Positions 1-12,492 of a stretch of 64,000 bases of DNA are shown here, piece by piece. The position numbers and the translations under genes are program-made. Positions within the stretch are counted from its first letter, which is position 1, and every line of letters starts with the position of its first letter. Origin of the DNA: Sphyrna mokarran (lineage: Eukaryota); contig JAGIQG010000024.1 of the NCBI GenBank assembly GCA_024679065.1, positions 3,038,001 to 3,102,000 of the forward strand. The letters run 5' to 3'. The notes under the pieces are model-generated. The model had not been told where the DNA came from. It worked only from the letters and a program-made list of their open reading frames with translations, and did not search any database.

Positions 1-2368
1 CCCTGAGCCCGTGACTCCTCTTTCTATCTATTTCTAATGGTGGAAAAAGCTTACCACCATTTACTCTATCTATACCCCTCATAATCTTATATACCTCTAA
101 AAGATCCCCTCTCAGCCGACGTCTTTCAAAGGAAAACAACCCCAGTGTTTTCAATCTTTCCTCGTAAGACAGCCCTTCCATACCAGGCAGCATCCTGGTA
201 AATCTCCTCTGCACTCTCTCCAGGGCCTCTACATCCTTCCTGTAGTACGGCGACCAGAACTGGACGCAGTACTCCAGATGAGGCCTAACCAACGTTCTAT
301 ACACCTGCAACATCAGACTCCTACTCTTGTATTCTATACCCCTTCCTATGAAGGCTAACATACCATACGCTTTTTTTACCACATTCTCCACCTGTACTGA
401 CACCTTCAGAGACTTGTGAACTTGCACCCCCAGGTCTCTCTGCATCTCTATACTCCGGATAGTTTTACCTTTTATCCTATAACTCCCCTCTACATTATTC
501 CGGCCAAAATGCATCACCTCGCATTTATCCGGATTAAATTCCATTTGCCATCTATCTGCCCAATCTACCAGCCTATGTCATGTTGTATTGCCAGGCACTG
601 CTCCTCAGTACCCGCCAATCCAATCATCTTAGTGTCATCAGCAAATTTGCTGATCACACCACCTACCCCCTCTTCCAAGTCATTTATATACACCACAAAT
701 AGAAGGGGTCCTAGTACGGAGCCCTGTGGCACACCACTAGTGACAGACCTCTAGTTGGAAAAAGAGCCTTCTACTACTACCCGCTGTCTCCTCTTCCCAA
801 GCCAGTTCTCAACCCATCTACATACCTGGCCCTGTATACCATGCGCCTTCACCTTTTCTATCAGCCTACCATGAGGGACCTTATCAAACGCCTTACTGAA
901 ATCCATATAGACGACATCAACGGCTTGTCCTTCATCAACCGTTTTTGTCACCTCTTCAAAAAATTCCACTAGATTCGTAAGGCACGACCTCCCCTTAACG
1001 AAGCCATGCTGCGTATCCCTGATCAGATCGCAGCGCTCCAGATGCTCATACATCCTGTCCCTGAGGATCCTCTCCATTAGCTTACCTATAACTGAAGTCA
1101 AGCTCACCGGCCTATAGTTCCCTGGGTTATCCCTCTGACCCTTTTTAAACAACGGTACTACATTTGCAATCTTCCAGTCCTCTGGGACCTCCCCTGTGTC
1201 CAAAGAAGAGACAAAGATTTGCGTCAGAGGCCCAGCAATGTCATCTCTCACCTCCCTTAGCAGCCTGGGATAAATACCATCAGGCCCCGGAGCTTTATAA
1301 GTCTTTATGCTACCTAAAAGCCCCAACACTTCGTCCCTCGTAATGATTATTTCCTTTAACGGGTCCTCAAATTCCTCAAAGCCGGCATCAGACATCAGGC
1401 CCCTCTCCCGCGTGAATACCGACGCAAAGTATTCATTCAGGATCTCCCCCATTCCCTCAGGCTCTAAGCATAGTTCCCCTCCTCTGTCCCTGAGAGGTCC
1501 AATCTTCCCTCTAACCATCCTTTTGCTCCTTACATAGGAGTAAAATGCCTTAGGATTTTCCTTAATCCTACCTGCCAAAGCCATTTCGTGGCCCCTTTTT
1601 GCCTTTCTGACACCCCTTTTAAGATCCCGTCTACACTCTCTATATTTTTCCAGCGCTGCCTCTGTCCCCAGTTGCCTAGATCTAACGTACGCCTCCCGCT
1701 TCTTCCTGACCAAGTCCTCAATATCCCTAGTAACCCACGGTTCTCTAATCCTACCTTTCCCATCCTTCCTCCTTACCGGCACATGTCTTTCCTGCAAAAG
1801 TTTTAGTTTTCCCTTGAAAGACTCCCACATGTGCAGTGTCGACCTACCCTCGAACAGCTTATCCCAGTCGGTATCCCTAAGATCCTGCCTAATCTGGCTA
1901 TATCTAGCCCTCCCCCAGTTTAACACCCTCCCCTTAGGGCAGGCTTCATCTTTTTCCATTAATACCCTAAAGCAGACAGAGTTGTGGTCACTATTAGACA
2001 CATGCTCTCCTACTACAACGTCAACCACCTGCCCTGGCTCATTCCCCAGAACCAGATCCAGTATAGCCCCCTCTCTAGTCGGGCTATCCATATACTGCTC
2101 CAAGGACCCTTCTAAAACACACGGTACAAATTCCTCCCCGTCCGCACCTTCCGCCCTGCGCACCTTCCAATCTACCCCAGGGAAATTGAAATCTCCCATT
2201 ACAACTACCCTATTCTTCCTACACTTATCTAAAATGTCCCTACATATCCCTTCTTCCATGGCCCGCGGACTGTTGGGCGGTCTATAGTACACACCCAACA
2301 TAGTAACCTCTCCCTTCCTATTCCTCAACTCCTCCCATAGCGACTCAATTCCTAACTCAGCCATACCA
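1..2368 (-). mobile_element. CR1 LINE (subfamily B), 5'-truncated ORF2 (APE C-terminal part + RT); continues off the left edge
   Basis: ORF 751..2412 has CR1 motifs GDFNFP, SDHN, PGNYRPVSLTS, YMDFSKAFDKVPH; 4-bp deletion near 576 relative to the copy at 35427-38530. Confidence 0.95.
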
Positions 2369-2674
2369 AGAGCCTTTTCTCTTGGATGGTGATGGCTAAC
2401 ACGAGGGGACATAGCTTTAAAGTGAGGGGTGATAATTACAGGATGGATGTCAGAGGAAGGTTCTTTACTCAGAGGGTAGTAAGGGCATGGAATGCCCTGC
2501 CTGCAGCAGTTGTGGACTTGCCAACTTTAAGGGAGTTCAAATGGTCAGTGGATAGGCACATGGATAACATTGAAATAGTGTAGGTTAGAGGATCATTAGA
2601 TTGGCTCCACTGGTCGATGCAACCTCGAGGGCCGAAGGGCCTGTACTGCGCTGTAATGTTCTATGTCTGTTCTA
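2369..2674 (+). mobile_element. CR1 LINE 3' end (subfamily A)
   Basis: TRGHSFK...FFTQRVVRAWNALP C-terminus, GGGCCGAAGGGCCT stem-loop, (TTCTATG)n tail. Confidence 0.9.
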
Positions 2675-3180
2675 TGACATAGGTGTCTTTGTTATCTAAG
2701 TGTTCCAGGGTTGAATGTAAGGCCAGGAAGATGGTGTCTGTTGTGGACATGTTGTGGTGGTAGGTGAAACATAGTGGATTCAGATACTCCAGGAGGCTGA
2801 AGTTGATTTGTGCCATGATTAACTTTTTGAAGCAATACATTGGTACATATTCAACCTTGTGTATCTTTTTCCTGAAGGACAAGGTAGAAGAGAGTATGGC
2901 CAGGATGCGTGGAGTCTCTGATTCTGCTGGCTGCTTTTCCGAGTCAGTGAAAAGTGTAGATGGAGTTAATGGATGGAAGGCTGGTTTGTGTGACAGGCTG
3001 GGATATGTTCACAACTCTCTGTAATTTCTTCCAGTCTTGGGCAGAGGCAGTTGCCATACAAGCATATCTGATGTATCCAGATAAGATGCTTTCTACAGTA
3101 CATCAGTAAAATTTGGTAAGAGTTACAGGGCACATGCTGATTTTCCTTAGCTTTCTGAGGCAGATAGTAATGCTGCTTCT
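2675..3180 (-). mobile_element. Rex1/Babar-type LINE fragments
   Basis: STTDTIFLALHSTLEHLDNKDTYV resembles Rex1 RT; similar to 11848-12492, 25858-26720 and 32460-33529. Confidence 0.75.
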
Positions 3181-3344
3181 GGCTACAGGTCACCCTGCTG
3201 ATAACTGGTCACTCAGTGTGGATAAATGCTAATGTACACATTGTGTAAAAGTTTCATCATGCATGTTCAGTCCCTTTGCTTACTGTTTCCTGTTTGTAGC
3301 TTTTGTCTGAGACATCCCAGGCAAGGGCATCCACAATGGAAACA

Positions 3345-3598
3345 GATCAGATCCAAAAACAGAGAATGCTGGAAAATCACAGCAGGTCTGACAGCATCTG
3401 TGGGGAGAGAATAGAGCCAATGTTTTGAGTCTAGATGACCCTTCATCAGAGTGATGAATTGTCATCTGGATTTGAAACGTTGACTTTTTTCTCTCTCTAC
3501 AGAGACTGTCAGACCTGCTGAGATTTTCCAGCATTTTCTGTTTTTGTTTCAGATTCCAGCATCTGCAATATTTTGCTTTTGTGTTAGGATCAGATCCA
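3345..3598. mobile_element. Penelope-like inverted pLTR insertion with 11-bp TSD GATCAGATCCA
   Basis: TSD at 3345-3355 and 3588-3598; two inverted arms with decayed CTGATGA...GAAAC hammerhead-like cores. Confidence 0.75.
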
Positions 3599-5402
3599 TT
3601 TTGTTTGCACCAGTAATTGTAGCTCACTGAAATGACAGCTGACTCCACACGGAGCTGCATTTATATACCGCCTTCCTAATTTTCTGTGCCCTCCCAACCA
3701 GAACTGTGCAAAATGGCAAAGGAAACAGTGTGCCCTGTGTTCAGTGTGATTGCTGCAACATTCTCTCTACTGGTGAAATGTGCAATTGCATCTGGTGCCC
3801 ACACAGAGAGATCCTGGGAACAGGGATCCTATGGTGTGGTTCAGGGTTGCAATCTCTGCACAACCTTAACATGAGAGTAACTTTATCACTTGTATAAATA
3901 TTTCTACTTTTACATTTTAACACGCTTCCATCAACAACAACTTATATGTGTATATATTATTAACTATGTCAAACTGTCCCAAAACACCACACAGAAGAAA
4001 CCTGATAACTCGCCAAATAAGATATTAGGGTGTATGACCAAACAAATCAATAATAGGTTTTGTCCTTGAGGAGGAGAGAGAGAGAGAGAGATTTAGGGAG
4101 GGAATTGAAGAGTTTAGAATCTCAGCAGCTGAAAGTGAAGCCACCAAGGAGAGCAAAAGGCCCATGTACAGGTGGCAGCAAGGATGAGAGTTATACTGGG
4201 GGAATGGCCAGGGTAAAGGGAGAATAATGAGGACAAGGTAACAGGTGTAGATAGAAGTTTTTTAAAAAGTTCTGTAAGTGCAGAAATGTGGTGAATGCAA
4301 GGCCCAATTTGAAAGTGCCATTTTAAGTGATTTGAGCAAAGTTATTCCAGGATGGATACAAGGTGAAATGAGAAGGAAGGGGGATGTTGCTAAGGTCGAT
4401 GTGAGAATGCCATGTAAGGTGGTAAGTCTAGTTATCTGACCCAGCTTTAACACCCCCTTAAGAGGTTGGTGTAATTTCTTGCTGCGATGTTTTATTAATT
4501 TGAAATCATTTTATAAATCACACCAGTTGTTGCTGTAAAGATGTTTAGTTCCCTAATGCTCAGCAGGATAATTACATACTTATATCCGATGCGGTATATT
4601 TGAAATACACAGTGAACTATATCACTGTCCCTCGACCAATGGGTTCTAGAGCTTTGGGCCTGGACGGCTGAAGACACAGCCACCAATGGTGTAGGGATTC
4701 AAAGTGAAGATGTTCAAGAGTTAGAATTCGAGGAACGCAGATATCTCAGAGGGTGTGGGGCTGGAGGAGATTACAGAGATAGGATTGGCTTGAGGCCATG
4801 GAGAAATTAGAAAACCAGGATGAGAATTTTAAAATCCGGACTTTGTTTGACTGGAGCCAAACTGGCCTTCTGGGATTTCATAGCATCATGAAGAGATTAA
4901 ATGTCACAACAGATTAATGGGAGACCTTGATTTCTCGTCGACCAAAACAGGCAAAGTTTCTTTAGGAAGGCATTGAATACATCGAGCGATGTCATCATAA
5001 ATACATAGAGTCAAAGTTATAGAATGCAAATTTCTGGCTGTTCACGCATCAGGATCTTCTGGTCTCACCAGTGGTGCATCCCTGCCGTGGGTCTGCTGAT
5101 GGCAAGGGGAGATTCAACAGGAAACCCCATTGACAATGGCAGGATCAGGAGATCCTGCTGCTGACCAATGATGAGCCATTTCCACAAAACTACCTGAAAG
5201 TTGTATTTTGGAGAGGAGTGTGAGCAGCAGGATCTGGCTGTCCTTGTGTACCAGTCGCTGAAGGTAGGCATGCAGGTGCAGCAAGCGATATAGAAGGCAA
5301 ATGGCATGTTGGCCTCCATTGTGCAAGGTTTTGAGTACAGGAGCAGGGATGTGTTGTTGCAATTATACAGGGCCTTGGTGAGACCACGGCTAGAATATTG
5401 TT

Positions 5403-8400
5403 AAAGAGGTTTACAGCATGGAAACAGGCCCTTTGACCCAAATTGTCCATGCTACCCTTTTTTTAAACCCAAGCTAATTCCAATTGCCTGCATTTGGCCT
5501 ATATCCCTCTATACCCATCTCACCCATGTAACTATCTAAAAGTTTTTTAAAAGACAAAATTGTACTCGCCTCTACTATTGTCTCTGACAGCTTGTTCCAG
5601 ATACTCACCACCCTCTATGTGAAAAAATTTTCCTTCTCGACACTTCTGTATCTCTCCCCTCTCACTTTAAACCTATGTTCTCGAGTTTTAGACTCCCCTA
5701 CGTTTGGAAAAAGATATTGACTAGCTGATCTGTGCCTCTCATTATTTTATAGACGTCTATAAGATCACCCCTCAGCCTTCTATGCTCCAGAGAAAAAGGT
5801 CCCAGTCTATCCACCCTCTCCTTATAACTCAAACCATCTAATCCCAGTAGCATCCTAATAAATCTTTTCTCCACTCTTTCTAGTTTAATAATATCCTTTC
5901 TACAATAGGATGGCCAGAACTGTACACAGTATTCTAAGTGTTGCCTTACCAATGTCTTGTACAACTTCAACAAGATGTCCCAACTCCTGTATTCAATGTT
6001 CTGACCGATGAAACCCAGTATGCCGCAATTTCCTCCCTCGTCTCCCACAACGTCCTGGGATACACCTCATCAGATCCTGGGGATTTATCTAACTTGATGT
6101 GCTTTAAGACTTCCAGCACCTTCTTCTCTGTAATATGTACACTCCTCAAGACATCACTATTTATTTCCCTAAGTTGCCTAACATCCATGCTTTTCTCAAC
6201 AATAGATACTGATGAGAAATATTCATTTAGGGTCTCACCCACTTCTTGTGGATCCACACACAGGTTATCTTGTTGATCTCTAAAAGGCCCTGCTCTCTCC
6301 CTTGTTACTCTTTTGCCCTTTATGTATTTGTAGAAGTTCTTTGGATTCTCCTTTGACTTATTTGCCAAAACAATCTCATGTCTCCTTTTTGCCATCCTGA
6401 CTTCTTTCTTAACTCAACTCCTACACCCCCTATATTCTTCAAGAGAGTCACTTAATCCCAGCTGCCTATGCATGTTATGAACCTCTTTTCTAAACCAGGG
6501 CCGTAATATCCCAAGTCATCCAGAGTTCCCTGCTCCTGCCAGTCTTGCCGTTCACTGTAAGAGGACTGCGTTTAACTTGAACCCTGGTTAATACGTTTTT
6601 GAGTGCATGCCACTTACCAGATATCTCTTTGCCTTCCCACAGATTTCTCCAGTTAACTTTTGAAAGTTCCTGACTGATACCATCAAAATTGGTCTTGTCC
6701 AATTGAGAACTTTAACGTTTCGGCCAGACCTTTCATTCTCCATAGCTATCTTAAAACTAAGAATTATGGTCACTGGTCCCAAAGTGATCCCTCACTAACA
6801 CTTCTGTCACCTGCCCTTCCTTATTTCCCATTAGGAGGTCAGGTTCTGGCCCTCTCTACTCAGACCATCCACATACTGAATGAGAAATTCCTCCTGAATA
6901 CACTCAACAAATTTCTCTCCATCCAATCCTCTAATACTATGGCTTTCCCAGTCAATGTTCGGAAAGCTAAAATCTACAACTATTACCACCCTATTTTTCT
7001 TGGAGCTATATGTAATCTCCTTACATTTTTGTTCCTCAATTTCCTGCCGACTATTTGGGGGTCTATAGTACAACCCTATCAAAGTGATTTCCCCCTTCTT
7101 ATTTCTCAGTTCGACTCATAGAGACTGTGGTATATCCCCTTTCAGTACTGCCCTGATGCTTTCTCTAATCAAAAGTACAGCTCCCCCTCCTCTCTTACCT
7201 CCTGTTCTATCTTTCCGATAACATCTGTACCTTGGAACATTGAGCTGCCAGTCCTATCCCTCCCTTAGTCATGTTTCAGCAATTGCTATAATATCCCAGT
7301 CCAACATACCGACCCATGCCCTGAGTTCATCTGCCTTGCCCATCAGGCCTCTTGCATTGAAATAAATGCAATTTTATCTGGACTTTCCTTGCTCTGTTTT
7401 GATTTTGCCTGATCTGTCTGGTTCTAGGATTACTGACACTGTCTTTACTACTTAACGTGCTCTCTTTAACTTCTGTGCTGTCCTCAGACTTCTCTTGTCT
7501 CTCTACTACTTTGGATCCCACCTTTCTGCCAAACTAGTTTAAACACTCCCAAGTGTCTGTAGCAAATCTCCCCGCCAGGATGTTAGTCCCCCTCCAGTAC
7601 AGGTGTAACGCGTCCCTCTTGAGCAAGTCAGCCCTTCGCCAGAAAAGATCCCAATAATTCAAAAATCTAAAACCCTGCCCGCTGCACCAGCTCTCGAGCC
7701 ATGCATTTACCTGCCTAATCCTCCTATTCCTACTCTCACTAGCATGTGGCATTACTGCCTTCAGGGGCCTGCATTTTAGCCTTCTGCCTAACTCTCTGTA
7801 TTCCTACTTCAGGAGCTCATCCCTTTTCCCATCTATGCCGTTGGTACCAATATGTACAACAACCTCTGGCTGCTCACCCTCCTCCTTAAGAATGTCCTGA
7901 AATGGCTCAGAGATGTCCTTGATCCTGGCACCAGGAAGGCAACACACCATCCTGGAGTCTCGACTGTGGCTGTAGAAACGCCTGTCTGTGCGTCTAATGA
8001 GTCCCCTACTACTATTGTTCACTTGCTCTTTGCCCGACCCTGTCCCAGGATCCAGCTGTGGTGTCACAGGCCTGGCTACTGCTGCCTCCCTCTAACAGGT
8101 TATTCCTCTCAACAGCATCTAAAATGATTTACCTGTCTGAAAGGGGAATAGCCACAGGCGATTCCTGCACTACCTGCCTGCCTCTCCTGGCAGTCACCCT
8201 CTCAAATCTGTCTGAACTTGTGGTGTGACAAACTCCCTGTATACTCCACAATGCATCCACCTGCTGCTCCAACCGAACAACACGGTCTGTGAGGAACTGC
8301 AACTGGACACACTTCCTACAGACAAGGGTTGTCCAGGGAGATGAATCGCTCCCTTATTTCCCACATCTAGCAGGAGGAGCATACCACTGCCCTAGCTGCC

Positions 8401-8460
8401 ATACTGCCCTTATACAGGTAAAAGGATCAAAAAATCTCAACTCCCTTGCTTGTCGGCCTC
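5403..8460 (-). mobile_element. Old near-full-length CR1 (ORF1 zinc-finger/SGNH-esterase remnants + ORF2 with the RT core deleted)
   Basis: Fragments MVCCLPGARIKD..VVVHIGTN, NAWLESWC..FLNYW, YYRPPNS, KSPGSDEVYPR; joined directly to ILGFIGQNIEYR near 6025. Confidence 0.85.
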
Positions 8461-8469
8461 CTGCTGATT

Positions 8470-9090
8470 TTTTTTAAATTCAAAAATATACCTTATTCAT
8501 TAAAAAAACCTCTCAAACAATTGCAAAATTGTTTTTGACAGATCCAAGAATTACAAACAGTGCAAAAGAATCATTTTTACCATAAAATATATTTAATACT
8601 ACATATATACATCAGATTTTACTGTGTAATGTTATTTTTCAGATTGTCACATTGTCACGCAGGCTGAGTGTATTCTAGTTACCAAGCCCACAATCTGCCT
8701 CAAGTTGAAATGCTTTACATGGTGGCCTTTCCCCTCCGTGCCTTTGCAGCAACTGCCCCAGGCATGTGCGTGTCCCTCGGCACGTAGTCCTGGACTTTGG
8801 AACATGCCAATCTGCAACACTCGGTGGAAGACAATTTTTTCAACTGGAAGATCAGCAAATTTCAGGTGGACCAAAGAGCACAGAGTCCTGCTTCACTGAG
8901 CTGGGACGAACCTCGTCAAATACCATTGAATCTCACTCCAGACCTTCTTTGCAAAGGCACATTGCACAAGAAGGTGTGCGATTGTCTCATCAGCCCTGCA
9001 GTTGCTTTGAGGGCAGCGTGCATAAAGTCTCCATTCAAAACTTTTTCAGAAACGTCCGTGTGAAAAAGAATAGGCGGAAATAGCATTAAG
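8470..9090 (-). mobile_element. Tx1/L1-clade LINE 3' fragment with A-rich tail
   Basis: Minus-strand frame LWSTxNLLIFQ...STECCRLA (x = in-frame stop) typical of the fish Tx1 ORF2 C-terminus; AATAAG/poly-A end. Confidence 0.6.
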
Positions 9091-9109
9091 AAGAATCCTA
9101 TTATATTTA

Positions 9110-10960
9110 GAAGATAGAAAACTACGGCACAAACAGGCCCTTTGCCCCACAAGTTGCACCAATTATATCCGTACCTACCAGGCCTATCTGTAACTCTCAA
9201 TCCCATTAAATCCCATGTATTCATCCATAAAAGACCCCAGTGAGTTTGCCTCCATCACCACCAACAGCAACCGATTCCACTCACTCACCACCCTCTGAGT
9301 GAAAAACTTACCCCTGACATCTCCTCTGTACCTGCTCCCCAACACCTTAAACCTATGTCCTCTTGTAGCGACCATTTCAGCCCTGGAACATAGCCTCCGA
9401 GAATCCACCCTATCTATACCTCTCAACAATTTATAAACCTCTATCAGGTCGCCTCTCAATCTTTGTTTCTCCAGGGAGAAAAGACCGAGCTCCCTCAACC
9501 TATCCTCATAAGGCATGCCTCCCAATCCAGGCAATATCCTTGTAAATCTCCTCTGCACCCTCTCAATAGCTTCCACATCCTTCTTGTAGTGAGGCGACCA
9601 GAACTGCGCACAGTACTCCAAGTGGGGTCTGACTAGGATCTTATAAAGTTTCAGCATTATCTCCCGATTCCTAAACTCAATCCCTTGATTAATGAAGGCT
9701 AGCACACCGTATGCCTTCTTGACCACATCCCCAACCTGCGAGGCTGATTTAAGACTCCTATGGACCCAGACCCCAAGGTCCTTCTGATCCTCTACACTGC
9801 TAAGAGTTCTATCCTTGATATTGTACTCTATCCCACTGGACCTGCCAAAATGGACCACTACACAGTTATCTGTGTTGAAGTCCATCTGTCACTTCTCCGC
9901 CCAGTTTTGCATCTTACCTATATCTCGCTGCAACTTCTGACATCCCTCCAGACTATCCACAACACTACCGACCATGTTGTCAGCAAACTTACTAATCCAT
10001 CCCTCCACTTCCTCATCCAGGTCATTTATGAAGATGACCAACAGCAAGGGTGCTAGGGCAGTTCCCTGGGGCACTCCACTGGTGACTGACCTTCATGTAG
10101 AAAAAACCCATCCACAACCACTCTCTGCCTTCTGCAGGCAAGCCAGTTCTGGATCCACAAGGCAACAGCTTCTTGGATTCCATGCCCTCTCACTTTCTCA
10201 GTAAGTCTTGCATGGGGGACCTTATAAAACGCCTTGCTGAAGTCCATGTAAACCACATTCACTGCTCTTCCTTCATCAATGTGTTCAGTCACATTTTCAA
10301 AGAACTCAACTAGGCTCGTAAGGCACAACCTGCCCTTGACAAAGCTGTGCTGACTATTTCTGATCATACTAAACTTCTCTAAATGTTCATAAATCCTGTC
10401 CCTCAGGATCCTCCCCATCAACTTACCAACCACTGAGGTCAGACTCACTGGTGGGTAATTTCCCAGGCTATCCCTGTTCCCTTTCTTCAAACTAGAAACC
10501 ACATCCGCAAATCCTCCAGAATCTTTCCCGTCTCCATCGACGATGAAAGGTCATCGCCAGGAGCTCTGCAATCTCTTCCCTCACCTTCAACAGTAACCTG
10601 GGATACATCCCATCCGGTCCCAGTGACTTATCTATCTTGATAGAATTTAAAAGTTAACACATCCTCTTTCTTAACGTCCATATACTCAATCTTTTCAGTC
10701 CGCCACAAACCTGCAGTACAACCTCCCAGATCATTTTCCACCGTGAATACCAAGGCAAAGTACTCATTAAGCATCTCTGCCGTTTCTTCCTATTCCACAC
10801 AGACTTTTCCCCCTTCATCTTTTTTAGGTCCTATCCCTTCACTTCTCATCTTTTTACTCTTCACATATTTGTAGAATGTTTTGGGATTCTCCTTAATCCT
10901 ACCTGCCAAGGCCTTCTCATGACCTCTTCTGGCTCTCCTAATTTCCTTTTTAAGTTCTCT
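9110..10960 (-). mobile_element. CR1 LINE, 5'-truncated, frameshifted RT
   Basis: ORFs 10053-10502, 9889-10074 and 9184-9885 are consecutive CR1 RT pieces. Confidence 0.93.
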
Positions 10961-11233
10961 GTTTATTGAGGAAGCCTATATCTTTTGCCTTTTTTTAATA
11001 TTAAAAAATTCTTCTCTCCAATAGGACAGGCACACTGGAAGGGTGCAGATATCAGGGATGGAAGCTGCTGCATCTTTCTCCAACTCTTAATCCTAAAAAT
11101 TGAATCTTCCAACAGCTCAACTGTTACAGAACTATAAAGAGTTGTTATACTGCTAACTTGCAGTAATAAATATTGTCTTCCAGGAGCAGGCACCATTAGA
11201 CAGATTGCTGAAAGGTTTATGTCAGAAAATATG

Positions 11234-11337
11234 TCATTCTGGTGGAACACATTTGTAAATCATAGCTAGAATTAGCATGAATGCCAAACATAAAATTATG
11301 GCAACACCTACACACCAATACTTTCTTTCCTCAGTAT
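11234..11337 (-). CDS. Putative phase-1 transmembrane/stop terminal exon (TM-B): (D)TEERKYWCVGVAIILCLAFMLILAMIYKCVPPE*
   Basis: Acceptor tttttttacag|AT; 104 nt = 2+34 codons; ~20-aa hydrophobic helix ending in YK; AATAAA on the minus strand at 10967-10962; non-repetitive DNA. Confidence 0.6.
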
Positions 11338-11421
11338 CTGTAAAAAAACCTTATGGAAAAATATTTCAGTGTTAGTTGACATTTTTTGATTTAACAACCT
11401 GTCGCCTCATTTGGTAACACC

Positions 11422-11715
11422 GAGCCTGCGCAGTGCCGGCAATGACGGGAACGAGAACGCGCATTGCCGGCAATAACGTGAATGAGCCTGCGCAGTGCCG
11501 GCAATGACGGGACCGAGAACGCGCATTGCCGGCAATAACGTGAATGAGCCTGCGCAGTGCCGGCAATGACGGGAAAGAGCCTGCGCACTGCTGGCAATGA
11601 GGGAATGAACCTGCGCAGTGCCGGACATCAGGGAACGAGCCTGCACCGTGCCGGCAATGACGGGAACGAGTTTGCGCAGTGCCGGAAATGACGGGAATGA
11701 GCCTGCGCAATGCCG
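11422..11715. repeat. CpG-rich 31-bp minisatellite (~9.5 units), consensus GAGCCTGCGCAGTGCCGGCAATGACGGGAAC
   Basis: Direct tandem units; the first five alternate A-B-A-B-A (62-bp higher order). Confidence 0.95.
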
Positions 11716-11847
11716 ATTGGCTCTTAGAGTTTGAGAGAGGGAATTGTTTTGATGATATTTGTCTAAGTTGCTATGGATGAGACTAAAATATGTCTCTGTC
11801 AATAAAATGGACGGATTGTTTTCCAGACAGATGAATGTTTGGCTATT

Positions 11848-12492
11848 TTTGATTTGATTTATTATTGTCACATGTATTAATATACAGTGAAAATTATTGT
11901 TTCTTGCGTTCCATACAGACAAAGCATACCATTCATAGAGAAAGAACGGAGATAGTGTAGAATATCGTGTTACAGTCAGAGTGTAGAGAAAGATCAACTT
12001 AATGTGAGGTAGGTCCATTCAAAACTTTGATGGCAGCAGCGAAGAATCTGTGACCTCAGACTTTTGTATCTTTTTCCCAACGGAAGAAGATGGAGGAGAG
12101 AATGTCCGAGGTGCATGGGGTCCTTAATTATGCTGACTGCTTTGCTAAGGTAGCGGGAAGTGTAGACAGAGTCAATGGATGGAAGCCTGGTTTGTGTGAT
12201 AGACTGGGTTTATTTCATGACCCTTTGTAGTTTCTTGCAGTCTTAAGCAGGCAAGGAGCCACATCAAGCTGTGATGCAACCAGAAAAAATGGTTTCTATG
12301 CCGCATCTGTAAAAGTTAGTGAGAGTCGTAGCTGACATACCAAATTTCCTTGATCTTCTGAGAAAGTAGAGCATTGGTGGGCTTTCTGAACTGTAGTGTT
12401 GGCGTCGGGTGGAGGGGGAGGGGGAACTAGGACAGGTTGTTGGTGATCTAAAAACTTGAAGCTCTCGACCATTTCTACTTCACCCCCATGAC
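11848..12492 (-). mobile_element. Rex1/Babar-type LINE 3' part, cut by the deletion breakpoint
   Basis: (TTTGA)n tail, EVEMVESFKFL motif; the same element continues past 48654 in copy 2. Confidence 0.75.

Larger units (their letters stand above)
2160..12492 (+). repeat. Segmental duplication copy 1, left block (matches ~38322-48654, offset 36162)
   Basis: ORF track identical at constant offset; only one substitution noticed (12047 T vs 48209 G). Confidence 0.97.

Noticed and set aside
751-2412. 553-aa ORF as a host gene or active element
   Set aside because: 5'-truncated CR1 ORF2; its N-terminus is antisense sequence from the neighbouring element
11422-11715. CRISPR-like array
   Set aside because: Head-to-tail units with no unique spacers, no cas genes, eukaryotic context
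11372-12018. Repetitive ORFs of 112-203 aa
   Set aside because: Produced by the stop-poor minisatellite plus a Rex1 tail
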